The position numbers were made by a program, and so were the translations under genes. A stretch of 64,000 nt of DNA from Antedon mediterranea (lineage: Eukaryota > Animalia > Echinodermata): contig NC_092670.1 of NCBI RefSeq assembly GCF_964355755.1, forward strand, positions 858,201 through 922,200. Reading direction: 5' to 3'. The notes beneath the pieces were generated by a model, which worked only from the letters and a program-made list of their open reading frames with translations, was not told the DNA's origin and ran no database searches. Positions 44,152 to 58,688 of the stretch are shown here, in pieces (the stretch's first letter is position 1; every line of letters begins with the position of its first letter).

Positions 44152-45264
44152 GAACATATCTACTTTATTTTCAAACCAAAAAGGCTCTTTTCAGAGCCAC
44201 TACTTGTTCAAAAGAGATTGTAATAGCTTCTGTCTTGTCTTTTATTTCTAAGGTATTAATAACAGTAACATTATTATACATACAGTATTGGTATTTACTT
44301 CTTCACTATATAACATTTAAATAGGCCTAATATATAATTTTATTGAACGGCACAATTCGAAATGAAGGTACGTTGACTTAAAAATATTCTACAGGTACTA
44401 TTATTTAGATACAGTAGATAAAAAGTACACAATAAACCTACACCTACATTACGATATTACAAGTGGTCAAAGTTACAATAAAAGACTTATAGTGTACTAT
44501 AATTATATAGATGAGGAACTTTTATTTTGACTTAATTTATATACGTACGCGCAGTATTGAAATTATATAAATCCCAATTTGCCATATACAACATGTAACC
44601 AGACAATTACATGTTATTCAAACTAGAAGTTTATTATGAAAAAATTTCATTGTATCATATTTAAGCGAAATAAGATTTTAAAAATATTATAGACATATTA
44701 ATTAAAACCAATAGATACTGATTATGTTTCAATAACATAGTATAAGCTTACTCCAAATATGACAGAGGAAGTAAATGATTCAACAACGAGTAAGATTTAC
44801 ACATAACATTTTGTATACATATAACATTTTGAAAACAATAATGAGATCTACAAAACTAGCAGTGTATATATTCCAGCACAAACTTACAAGATGATTATTC
44901 AAAAACACCTTTTTATTTTATACTACTGTAACACATATTCAAATCACAAGCTTATTTATTCAGAAAAGAACCGTTTGTATTTAAATAATAAATAAGATAT
45001 TTAAATTTTTAAAAAACAGAAAAAAACAATCGGTTATGAACATCCGAAATGGGAAATTTTGTAACAAAGAAAGCAGATTTGTGTATTGTTCCCGTCAATT
45101 ACATTACATAAATTGCGGAGAATCAACAACCAATGAAAGTGCTTGGTACCATGAAACCTATCGGAACACCTCATTAGCATATCAAAGTCTATAAATATTC
45201 CGGCTATCAAGCAAATCATCACTTTTATCTACTGTACTCGTATCGTAGACATCCAACTTTCAAC

Positions 45265-45633
45265 ATGCCACCAAAAACTTCAGGAAAAGCTGCTAAAAAA
45301 GCCGGTAAGGCTAAAGCTGTAAGAACTACTGACAAGAAAAGAAAACGTAAGCGAAAGGAAAGCTACAGCATCTACATCTACAAGGTGTTGAAGCAAGTTC
45401 ACCCAGACACTGGTATCTCAAGCAGAGCCATGGGAATCATGAACAGTTTCGTAAACGATATCTTCGAACGTATTGCAGGAGAAGCATCTCGTCTTGCTCA
45501 CTACAACAAAAAATCTACCATCACCAGCAGGGAAGTCCAGACTGCTGTCCGTCTCTTGTTGCCCGGTGAATTGGCCAAACATGCTGTCTCTGAGGGTACC
45601 AAAGCTGTCACCAAATACACAAGCTCCAAGTAA
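45265..45633 (+). CDS. H2B: Histone H2B (copy 2)
   Basis: Identical protein; stem-loop 45664-45679. Confidence 0.99.
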   Translation: MPPKTSGKAAKKAGKAKAVRTTDKKRKRKRKESYSIYIYKVLKQVHPDTGISSRAMGIMNSFVNDIFERIAGEASRLAHYNKKSTITSREVQTAVRLLLPGELAKHAVSEGTKAVTKYTSSK

Positions 45634-46467
45634 ACGTAGTTTCAATCTAATTTCAAACCAAACGGCTCTTTTCAGAGCCACCCACATGTTCAAAAGAGAT
45701 TTGATTTGTAGTTTCTGTGTCTTGTTTGTTTTATATATATTATACTCTTGTTAATAAAATTTTATAAAAACACAATAAACATATTTCTAATATTATTGCA
45801 ATACTGTGTTAACGGTTATTGCAGCAACTATTGACACCCTGGTACCACGACTCATCTGTACTGTATGAAAAATTCTAAATAACTAATGTTTAATTCAAAA
45901 GCCGATAAGTGGACGTAATGCTAAAGCACAGTACAGTAAATCTAAATAATATATACTGTAGCTGTGTGCATAATACTGTAATTATATTTATTTTTCTCGT
46001 CTCACTTTTTATTATTTCATTTTACATTAATGTATTTTAATATTTCTCTATATATTCTGGCTCTTGATAGAAAATGAACAACAATATTGATAAAAGGCAT
46101 GTTCTCTATCTTTGCTTGAAAAAAAAAAACCAATGAAAACACTTATTACCTACATACACTGTTAGTATACAATTGTCTAAAACCTGAACATAAAATCACA
46201 TTATTATACAGTATTAAAACAAAGCGGAATTTAATTCATCCCCGAAAAATAGATTTGACATTGTTGTTGATACTATATAATTAGTACGCCATTTATATAA
46301 TAATGTATCGTATTCATTTCAACATTGAATTAGAAACAAAAATGAATTGGCAGTTAATGACCACCACTACTTTATTAAAACTACAGCACAACATGTCCTA
46401 TTCAAAGTTTTATATTTATACTGTAGTACAGTATTTTATGTTTCATGTTTTGGGGAACAAATAAAAT

Positions 46468-47012
46468 TTAGGCCTTTAAATACAATGAGCGGTAATAATT
46501 TAGGCCTATATAAATACAATGAGTGGTAATAATTTAGGCCTATATAAATACAATGAGTGGTAATAATTTAGGCCTATATAAATACAATGAGTGGTAATAA
46601 TTTAGGCCTATATAAATACAATGAGTGGTAATAATTTAGGCCTATATAAATACAATGAGTGGTAATAATTTAGGCCTATATAAATACAATGAGTGGTAAT
46701 AATTTAGGCCTATATAAATACAATGAGTGGTAATAATTTAGGCCTATATAAATACAATGAGTGGTAATAATTTAGGCCTATATAAATACAATGAGTGGTA
46801 ATAATTTAGGCCTATGTAAATACAATAAAAGTGCTAATAATTTAGGCCTATATAAATACAATGAGTGGTAATAATTTAGGCCTATATAAATACAATGAGT
46901 GGTAATAATTTAGGCCTATATAAATACAATGAGTGGTAATAATTTAGGCCTATATAAATACAATGAGTGGTAATAATTTAGGCCTATATAAATACAATAA
47001 AAGTGGTAATAA
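46468..47012. repeat. 34-bp minisatellite (taggcctatataaatacaatgagtggtaataatt)n, about 16 copies, upstream of H2A copy 2
   Basis: Read directly; only about 3 units at the paralogous site 35840-35960. Confidence 0.95.
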
Positions 47013-47401
47013 TTAAATGCAGGTAAATACCAAAACCAATATTTAAAATGTATCTATAATATACATAATATTTAGCGCCAACAATGTAACTGCCAATGTA
47101 ATCTCTCCCTACACATAAAATATTTCAAACGGCAAGTTCTCAATTATTCCATTATTTAGCGCCAACAATGTAACTGCCAATTAGTCAGCATATTAAATTC
47201 AATCATTATTCCGGGCGGGAATGACTTCTATTGGTTGATAAAATCAGACATACGGCCAAGCCACTTGAAGCGCGAACGCCTAGCATTGGTCAATCAAAAA
47301 CAGGATACAAACCACTCACAGGGTATATAAACTTGAGTAGATTACAAAACTACTTCACTTTGTTCTTGTTCGATTTCTAACCGAAAAAGAAATAACTGTA
47401 A

Positions 47402-47785
<384 letters not shown>

Positions 47786-48038
47786 AGAACACCATCCATT
47801 TTCAAACCAAACGGCTCTTTTCAGGGCCACCAAATGTTCAAAGGAGATTTAAAAGCATTTTGACTATACTGTAGTATATATTATTTCACTTTATATAGCA
47901 TGGAAATATTGTTATGTCGAAAATGTTAACAATTAATATAGATAGACTATCTGATAACTTAACCACATAACAAACTCCTAGCTAGAAAGTAGGAAGCATT
48001 TGAATTGGCCAAGTAAAGAACACATTTTCAAACCAAAC

Positions 48039-48054
48039 GGCTCTTTTCAGGGCC
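48039..48054 (+). terminator. Second, orphan histone 3' stem-loop plus downstream element after H2A copy 2
   Basis: gccaagtaaagaacacattttcaaaccaaacggctcttttcagggccaccaaatgttcaagagatt repeats the H2A 3' end. Confidence 0.9.
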
Positions 48055-48910
48055 ACCAAATGTTCAAGAGATTTAAAAGCATTTTTACTATACTGTAGTA
48101 CATATTATATTTCTTACTTATTATATAGCACAGCATAATATACAGTATTTCCTATATAAGAATACACCCATATAATGCATCAGGGTAGGGCATTACTTGT
48201 CTAATTAGTCACAAAGAAAGCCTGTATTAAACCTGTATAAATATTCAAATTAACGGTATATCTTGTTGACCAGATGTAATTTATTTTACATTCATTTCAA
48301 TATACGGTGCAACATAAATACTAATACACAATATTAAGTATTAGTGGCACTTACTTTTTTTAATGTATGATTTAATAACGAACTTATTAACAGAAAGAAG
48401 AAAATCTATATAAAAATCTTCAACAAATACAAATATTATTATACATCTTTAAATGTTTTAACACAACCGAATATTTAGTGAAAGTTTCAAAATCTGTAAA
48501 TTTTTTTTGGTCATTAATGTTTTTTAATTACCCTTAATGAATAATGTATGTTTATAATGTCTACAACATACTACAAGTGTAATTGTACGTATAATGGCGT
48601 TAGAAATAAACTCATTTTGAAGGAAAACAATATACGGTATCATAAAATAACTTTTATAAAATAGTATAGTTTGAAGCATTTATTGAGGAAAAATAGAAAT
48701 ATTGTTTAAAATTAGTTTTAAAGTTAATGAAAAAAACACATTTTGTATAAAATTATCTTTACCAAATACAGTAGTTTATAAAGTGCGGCGTCTCCAATTA
48801 CTATACATACCGCTTACAATGCGGTCCGCAACATAATGGCGGCCTATATAAGACCAGAATCCGGCTAAACTTTACAATTCGTTCGTTCGTACAAATGTAG
48901 AAATATTGAA

Positions 48911-51550
48911 ATGGCTGATCAAACCAAAGTTAAAAAGAAGGCTGCGCCCAAGAAGCCGGCATCTCACCCGACTTATATCGACATGGTAACTGCTGCAATT
49001 GGAGCATTAAAGGAGAGAAATGGTTCATCTCGTCAAGCTATTGTAAAATATATCTTAGCTAACTACAAAGTTGACCCGGGCAATATGAAGACTCATCTTC
49101 GTATGGCTCTGAAGAGAGGTGTCGACAACGGTAAACTTGTTCAACCTAAAGGTAGTGGTGCAAGTGGTTCATTCAAGCTAAACCAGGCTGCAGCCAAGGC
49201 TGATGCAGCTGCTAAAGCAAAGAAAGAAAAAGCAAAGAAAAAGGCAGTCGCAGATAAGGAAAAGAAAGTAGCAAAGAAGGCCAAGAAACCAGCTGCAAAG
49301 AAGGCTAAGAAGCCAGCAGCTAAGAAGGCTAGTACTAAGTCACCCAAGAAGGCTAAGAAATCAGAGAAGAAGGCTGCCAAGCCAAAGAAAGCAAAGTCTC
49401 CTGCAAAGAAGCCAAAAACTAAGAAGCCCAAACAGCCAAAGGCTAAGGAGTGTTGACAAAGTGCGAGGCAGCGAGGCAAGCGCGGCATGCCAAATATTTG
49501 TGCGAGGCATCATTTTATCATTTCCAAAAGTGCGAGGCATGCGGGGCATATAGTTTACAATTTCAAAAAGGTGCGAGGCATATCTTAACGTGCTATTATG
49601 CTATATTATAGGCCTAATAATCAATCGATACAAGCGTATCTAAATAGATTCGTGTATACACTCATCATGTTGTTTATATTTATGTAACGATTGTTTTTTC
49701 ATTCAAGTCATAGGCCTATCGTGTCAAATTTTACTTTTACAAAAGTGCCCAAACTACGGTTCAAAAATCTGAACGACAGTCTTCAACTTTCGACAAACAA
49801 TAATTGTTATAGCGACACACTCATCAAATGACTGCAATGTTTGTTGGCATTTCGAGCGTGTTCACTCGACCTCACATGTCTCTCGAACATAGCAGAGTGA
49901 AAATAATATTTTGTCACACTCCTGCGCCTAGATCCGGTAGACCCGAGAGATGGAAAATCCCTCTTTACTATTTAGCAGGTAGCGGAATGATTCAGCCCTC
50001 AGCTCAGAGGATTGTGGTGCATTCCCCTCCTATAGCACGTGGTTTCAGCAGCAACGCACAGACTTCTCTCTGAGCGGCGTGCCAAAGACATTTTTGACAT
50101 TCCATTCTCTAGGAACAACACGTGTACCTCTCTCGCAAATAAGGTGAACAGCGATTGCCAGGACAAGTTCAATAACTGGCGGTGAATAAAAGGTAACTGA
50201 TATGCCGATCCAATAACATGCCGCAAAGAAAAAAATTGCGACAGAATTCTGGAGCGCGTGTGAAAAAAGACTTACGTCCGACAATTGTAATACTAGGCCT
50301 AAAATTAAACTTTAGCTAATATGCTTAGCCCTAACCTAGATAAGAGGCCTATGTAGAAAATAATTTAATCAATTTTGATAAAATAATAATTGGTGTAATA
50401 TTTAATAATGATACACTATTCCTGTTTTAGTAAGCTAGGTATATTACGAACGATTTTTATTTATTGTTGTCCATGTACGTACTAATAAACCTGGCGCTAG
50501 TTTCCGATCGTTTGTATTTTTACTCCAAATTTGATAACTAACTTTATCGTGTGAATACCACACCTTAGAAGTATACCTCATGAGTACTTTAATGAAAGAA
50601 TCACATAAAAAGTAACAAATAAATCCTTAAATTAATGATTTTACAGGCGTGTTTCTCGCACACTGTTCGCGAATTTCACTTATTCAATGTTCAATATTTT
50701 TGTTTCTATGGAGCGCCAAAAGAGCAACGATAATAGAGGACTAAAACTCAGTGGAATGCGTCAATTTCTCATGCATTTATTGGTGAAAAACACGTTTTAT
50801 TTCAATATATTTGTTAATTTGTCAATAAAAATGTTGTAATATGTTACTGCTGATACTGTTCTGTTTTCAAAGAATAATAATCGATCCTAAATCAACATCA
50901 CTACCTAGTCTAGACCTAGGACATCCTACTAAGGATATCATGATGAATTTTTCTATTTTATTCTTTAAAAGGTTAACGAAACCGTGTACATTATCAACAG
51001 TAACATTTTTCCTTACTGACAGTGACAAAATCTATTGAAATTGTACTTGATTTTCACCAAATAATGCGTGAAATATAAATGGATTCCACAGAGTTTTTAG
51101 CCCTCTAATTAATTTTGCTCTTTTGGCGTTCCATAGAAACCAAAATATTGAACATTGAGTGTGCGAAATGCGAGAAAAACAACGTCTGTAAAATCACCAA
51201 TTTAATGGATTTATTGTTACTTTTATGTGATTTTTCTTCAATAAAGTAGGCCTACTAATTCTAAGCTGTGGTATTCAGGATAAAGTTGGTTAAAATACAA
51301 GGCAGGTGCAAAAGGAAACTAGCTTAGCGGGCCTAGGCCTAGAAACTACTTCAATTTCGGTGATTTCCTGCCTTGCAATTTTGAGAAATGATAAAATGAT
51401 GCCTCGCATTTTTTGATGATGGTAAAACGATGCCTCGCATAAATTTCTGACTTGCCTCGCATGCCTTCCCTGCCTCGCGTGCCTCGCACTTTGTTACTAC
51501 CCAAGGCTAAGAAGGCTTCCAAGTCACCAAAGAAGGCCGCCAAGAAGTAA
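48911..51550 (+). pseudogene. H1: Histone H1 copy 2 split by a transposon: ORF 48911-49456 ends in element-derived EC*; native tail at 51503-51550 and stem-loop at 51581-51596
   Basis: Direct comparison with intact H1; may still yield a 181-aa protein. Confidence 0.9.
49448..51502. mobile_element. about 2-kb non-autonomous Mutator-like element, copy 2, inserted in H1
   Basis: 9-bp TSD aaggctaag (49439-49447, 51503-51511); same termini and body as 29011-30997. Confidence 0.95.
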
Positions 51551-52060
51551 ATTTTATCGACTCATAATTTCAAACCAAACGGCTCTTTTCAGAGCCACCA
51601 AATATACTAGAGAGATTTTATAGCTTTTTCTCCAATAACTTTTTTTCTTTAAACAGCCGGAACATTTTTTACATGCTAAATATTATATTTTTTTTAATTG
51701 TTAAAAAAAAAATGAAACTCTACACATTGCAACCCAAAAAAAATTGCATATAGGGTATACAGTAAATTCAATTTTACCATTACACTTACAGAGCCATCAT
51801 CTAGAAAGATTTTATAGCTTTTTTTTCAATAACCTGATTACTTTAAACAATTGAAATATTATTTACATGCTAAATACAATACATCTGGAAAAAATAAGAA
51901 TATTCTGTACAAACAGACAATTGATATAGGAAATTATGATACATTACATTCAATTTTACCATTACAGTAACCGACCAAATGTTTAAACAATACATATACC
52001 TGCATAACAAAATATACTAAATACAGTACTGTATTATTGAAAAAGTATTTTGGTCTATAA

Positions 52061-52914
52061 GGGCCTGTTTCTATTGAAAAATAAAAAAAGAACGGTTTTT
52101 TGGAAACCGGTTTCGGTTGTTGTTTATAAATAAAGATCGCGTTGCAGCTCAATTTTTACTCCAATAAAACCGGTTCCGTCCATGTGCGTTCGTTATGAAT
52201 GACGTCATTATATACACCACAATGCAGTTCGTTAGGCGGAAGCGCGATTTGATCGAGGTCATGTTTACTTTTTTTCGCATAGCGCGATCCCCAAGAAATA
52301 GCATCCATTTCATAATAGAAGGGGGAATTATACCTGAAACGTTATTGTGGTCCTTGGTTAAAGTATAGGTACGTCGCACCCTCTGATATTGTCAAGTTGA
52401 ACTCGTCTATTTTTCACACGCTTTACAATATTCTTAAAAACATGTAGGCGCGGCCTATAATACGTGAGTCTTTCTTCCGACTCCCGACAAGTCCCCTCAT
52501 CTTCTTTCCTTCACATATTTTTTACGAACCTCGTAATGGCATCGGTCAACATTTTTTATTTAAATAAAATACTCACTATCTAGAGAAATAAAAATGACTT
52601 AGGCCTAGGTCCTATCGCGCGAGTTTGACTGCGAGTTGACCGCAATCATCCCAGTGCAGCAGACTGCAGAGTTCAGTTTTTGGGGTCAAATTGAGACCGC
52701 GATTGTGTTGCAGCTAAAAATTGCTCCGCGGAAATCGGTTTCAGAACGGTTCTTTGCGATCGAGACCGCAATCAATTGGGGTTTTTGAAACCGTTTTTAA
52801 GATCGGTTCTTTTTTGTGGTTTTTTGTGGGGACCCATTTCTGCTGGCAAGAAAAAACGGTTCTTGAAAAGAACGGTATTCAAAACCGTATTCTCTGCTCT
52901 ATAGAAACAGGCCC
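52061..52914. mobile_element. PIF/Harbinger-type non-autonomous element, TAA TSD
   Basis: taa|gggcctgtttctat ... atagaaacaggccc|taa; empty site at about 40611. Confidence 0.88.
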
Positions 52915-53352
52915 TAAATGTATGTAAATTCTATCAACATAAACAAGATGAATATTATTTACTTATAATATATAAATAACCTAACCACAATTTACGACAG
53001 TTTTACGATTTAGAGATAATGTTGTACAGTATATTATATGATATTGATATATATAATCTACACTTAAATGAAAGTTGCTTACATTCATTTGAATTATATT
53101 CAATATGTACTGGAATGTATAATTAACAGCAGAGCAAACAAAGGACAAAAAGACAAAGGACAAAAAACCGCCATTATTTGTGTTTCCCACCAAAATTAAA
53201 AACAAAAGATGTGGCTTCCTGTTACGTTGACAAGCTGTAGTTACAAAGGTCATGTACAACACTCAGAATTACGTCCGCATTTGCTCTATAAATTCGTCTA
53301 TTTTTTAAACAATCAGTACATTTCGAATTCGTCGAATAACCTAAAAACTTGA

Positions 53353-53667
<315 letters not shown>

Positions 53668-54119
53668 GCAGTCAACAACCACACTCTACTCAAACCAAAC
53701 GGCTCTTTTCAGAGCCAACATTTGTACAAAAAGAGATTTAAAAGCTTGCTATTTTTTTTCAATAAGTACACAACAATTGCAATGCCAAATTGGTGTTTTT
53801 TACACAATAATGTTTACAATAATTATAAATATATATAACTACACTCATTGCCTCAGATTTACACATTACAAAACATACATATTATCAATTTAAAGTATAT
53901 ACTGTATAAATACAATATTGTAAACCTCGAAACAATATGTATTAACATTCATAATACAATGAGAGGTCCAACATTTAAAGCAATTATATTCAAATGTAAA
54001 TATACTGTAATACTGTACAAATATACTATATCAAATACAGTAGAGTACTGTATTTATAAATACAGTGCAAATAGCCAATGTCTGTGCAACCAAAAAATAT
54101 CCCACCTATGGCTAATCAA

Positions 54120-54416
54120 AAAGAACAAAAATAATGTTGACATTTTGCAATTTTAATTTCACATAATAGTTATCAACTTTGACCAAAAATTAGATCAAAA
54201 CAGAATTTATTAACCTGAAAAAACTGTAATTTAAAGCAAAAAATGGTCAAATTGGTTGCCAGCCAATGGATTTTTGGTTGAATTTAACCATTTATCAAGT
54301 GAAAACAATTTTGTTTTTCTACAGAAGTGATTAACTTTATTGAAACTACAAAATAACCTATTTAAAGTCAGATTTAATTGATCTTCATTTTTCGAATTTT
54401 GGGGGACAATACATCT
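54120..54416. mobile_element. Left-truncated copy of the 17284-17627 MITE family
   Basis: Shares tggtcaaattgg.tgccagccaatggatttttggttgaatttaaccattta and right end ggggacaatacatct|ttaa; absent at paralogous 41850. Confidence 0.8.
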
Positions 54417-54921
54417 TTAACTTCAAATGCATTTACGAAAATAGTATGATGTATATAAAATGTGTATACATAGGCCTACAGTATAATATTAATAACTTCT
54501 AATAACTAAAACTTCGAAACAATATGTATTAACATTCATAATACAATGAGAGATCTACAATATAATAATAATGTACATCAATATTGTTTATAGCTTTTAC
54601 TTAGATTCTAATGTAAAAAATACCCAATAAAAACTGGAATGATTGTAATACAGTACCAGTACCTATTGTTTGTTTGTATAAGATGCCGTCAAAAATATTG
54701 CCGCCTAAACAGCAGACAAAGAAACAAAGGATGATTATTCAAAAACAACCGCGAGTTTCAATTAAAATGATGCGGACGTGTTATAAGCTACACATTTTAA
54801 CCAATCATTTGACGTTGTCCTAATCCTCAATAAAGAAACCTCAGCCAATCATATTACCTTAACTAAACGCCCAAGTTCTTAAAAGGCCACAATTTTTTAA
54901 TTCAAACATCATTCAATTTGA

Positions 54922-55347
<426 letters not shown>

Positions 55348-55762
55348 GAATATACAGTATCTACTTTTTCTCAAACCAAAAGGCTCTTTTCAGAGCCACT
55401 ACTTGTTCAAAAGAGATTTTAATAGCTTTTGTCTTTTATTTATAAGTATTATTAACAGTATTAAATATATATAGTTTCTACTGTATAACATTTAACTCAC
55501 CCATATAATATGTAAGGTCTAATATACAGTACAATAACTTTATTGAACAGCACAATTCGAAATGAAGGTGCGTTGACTTAAAAGTCAAAACTACTACAGT
55601 TGAGTTACTACAGTATTTAGATAGATAACCCTAACTACTATACACCACACCTACGTACATTACAAGTCATTAAAGTTACAATAAAAGACTTATACTTTGT
55701 TTTCTAATGTACCCTTTCTCGAATGACGAATAATTCGTCTTTTACCAATATTCTATCAGTAC

Positions 55763-55801
55763 TGTACCTGATGATGACCTATGGTCGAAAGTACTAGTAC
55801 A
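55763..55801 (+). ncRNA. Minimal type I hammerhead ribozyme motif (Penelope-like element type) in an insertion of about 155 bp (55697-55850)
   Basis: TGTAC CTGATGA T GACC-TAT-GGTC GAA AGTACT A GTACA: stem I TGTAC/GTACA, core CUGAUGA..GAAA, stem II GACC/GGUC, palindromic stem III, CUA cleavage triplet. Confidence 0.75.
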
Positions 55802-56598
55802 ATATATATTTTATTTTGAGGCAGAAACAAGAACGTTGTCTGTTTTATTTTTATACTATACTTATATAGATTAGGGACTTTTATTTTTACTGAATTTATA
55901 TACGTACGCGCAGCAATGAAATGTTAAAACCATTTATATAATCGTCTAATTTGTCATATACTTTATTCAAACCCGAAGTTTAGTATAAAAAGATTCCTTT
56001 GTATCATATTTAAGCGAAATAAGATTTTAAAAATATGATAGACATATTAATTAAAACCAATAGATACCGACTATGTTTCAATAACATAGTATAAAACTTA
56101 CTCTAAATGATTCAACAACGAGTAAGATGTACAAATAACATTTTGTATACATATAACATTTTGAAAAAAATAATGAGATCTACAAAACTAGCAGTGTATA
56201 TATTCCAGCACAAACTTACAAGATGATTATTCAAAAACACCTTTTTATTTTATACTACTGTACAACATATTCAAATCACAAGCTTATTTATTCAGAAAAG
56301 AACCGTTTGTATTTAAATAATAAATAAGATATTTAAATTTTAAAAAAAACAGAAAAAAACAATCGGTTATGAACATCCGAAATGGGAAATTTTGTAACAA
56401 AGAAAGCAGATTTGTGTATTGTTCCCGCCAATTACATTAAATAAATTGCGGACAATCAACAACCAATGAAAGTGCTTGGTACCATGAAACCTATCGGAAC
56501 ACCTCATTAGCATATCAAAGTCTATAAATATTCTGGCTATCAAGCAAATCATCACTTTTATCTACTGTACTCGTATCGTAGACATCCAAACTTTCAAC

Positions 56599-56967
56599 AT
56601 GCCACCAAAAACTTCAGGAAAAGCTGCTAAAAAAGCCGGTAAGGCTAAAGCTGTAAGAACTACTGACAAGAAAAGAAAACGTAAGCGAAAGGAAAGCTAC
56701 AGCATCTACATCTACAAGGTGTTGAAGCAAGTTCACCCAGACACTGGTATCTCGAGCAGAGCTATGGGAATCATGAACAGTTTCGTCAACGATATCTTCG
56801 AACGTATTGCAGGAGAAGCATCTCGTCTTGCTCACTACAACAAGAAATCTACCATCACCAGCAGGGAAGTCCAGACTGCTGTCCGTCTCTTGTTGCCCGG
56901 TGAATTGGCCAAACATGCTGTCTCTGAGGGTACCAAAGCTGTCACCAAATACACAAGCTCCAAGTAA
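56599..56967 (+). CDS. H2B: Histone H2B (copy 3)
   Basis: Identical protein; stem-loop 56998-57013. Confidence 0.99.
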   Translation: MPPKTSGKAAKKAGKAKAVRTTDKKRKRKRKESYSIYIYKVLKQVHPDTGISSRAMGIMNSFVNDIFERIAGEASRLAHYNKKSTITSREVQTAVRLLLPGELAKHAVSEGTKAVTKYTSSK

Positions 56968-58304
56968 ACATCGTTGCAGTCTCATTTCAAACCAAACGGC
57001 TCTTTTCAGAGCCACCCAAATGTTCAAAAGAGATTTGATTTGTAGTATTTTGTGTATTATTTTGTTTATTATTCGTTATTATATTATATATATAATATAT
57101 TCTCTTGGCGCATAATACTGTATTGCTTGCTAAAATTAATTTCAATGATTCAATATTTAATCAGCAATACTGTACTTTTAATATTTGTTGATACCAGATT
57201 ATGTTCACACACATGTTCAAAAGAGATTTGATTTGTAGTTTCTGTGTCTTGTTATTATACTCTTGTTAATGAAATTTTATAAAACATAATGAATATCTAC
57301 AGTATTATTGCAGTACGTAGTGAATATTATACTGTAGTGTTACTACAGTCATCTCCCTGCTACCACGACTCATCTGTACTGTAAAACACCTATGGTTAGG
57401 TTATAGCATTTCTGTATGAAAAATTGTAATTAATACACTAATAATATATTGATTTCAAAAGCCGATCGACATATCAGTGGACGTAATGATAAATATCACA
57501 AATCGACTACTGTACTTCTATAAGAACTTAATACACGTACATTATAAGATATAATGATAGACTTACAGTGTTATGAATAGTATATAGCTGTATGTTTAAC
57601 AGCACAATAATACTGTATTGATATTTATTTGAACCTAATGTTAATTAATACTTTACAATAACAGCACTTACTGGAAATATATGTGGAACATAAACAAGAC
57701 TACCTACCTTATGATACTAACAATACAATAAGATATTCTGCAATAGGACTTATTATAATGTAAATAAATGTATAAACACATAATACATTAAAGCATTTGC
57801 ACTATCTATACATATTTTAAACTATACAAAGCTTTACACAAGAAATTAAAGATCTTAGGTAGGGATATCGTTTCTAACGCTATATATACACACTATAATA
57901 TACTATAGTTTTATTTTCGATAGACTGTGTAGTGTCTTATTTTTAACAGGAAAAGTGAAATTTCACTTTCTTGCATTTTATTATTTTAATTCAAAATTAT
58001 ACATGTTCAAACTTCAAACTGTTAACGTGACGTGACGATTTGTCCGAGGCTAAATTAACAAAGAACATCGGGTTTGGGCGCGGTTGACATTGATTGGCTA
58101 ATCCAAGGGCCAATAGAAACTGGTATTGTGATTATTATTTACAACAAATCAAAGAGCTTGCTTTATAATCACAAGGACACGCACATGATTGGTCAGTGTA
58201 ATAATCCTAGTTACCTAACGAAACCGTGACAGGCTATATAAACTCGACTCCTTTTTAACCTTTAATCATTTTCATTTCTTAAACTCGAAGAAGGTAAGCT
58301 CTGA

Positions 58305-58688
<384 letters not shown>

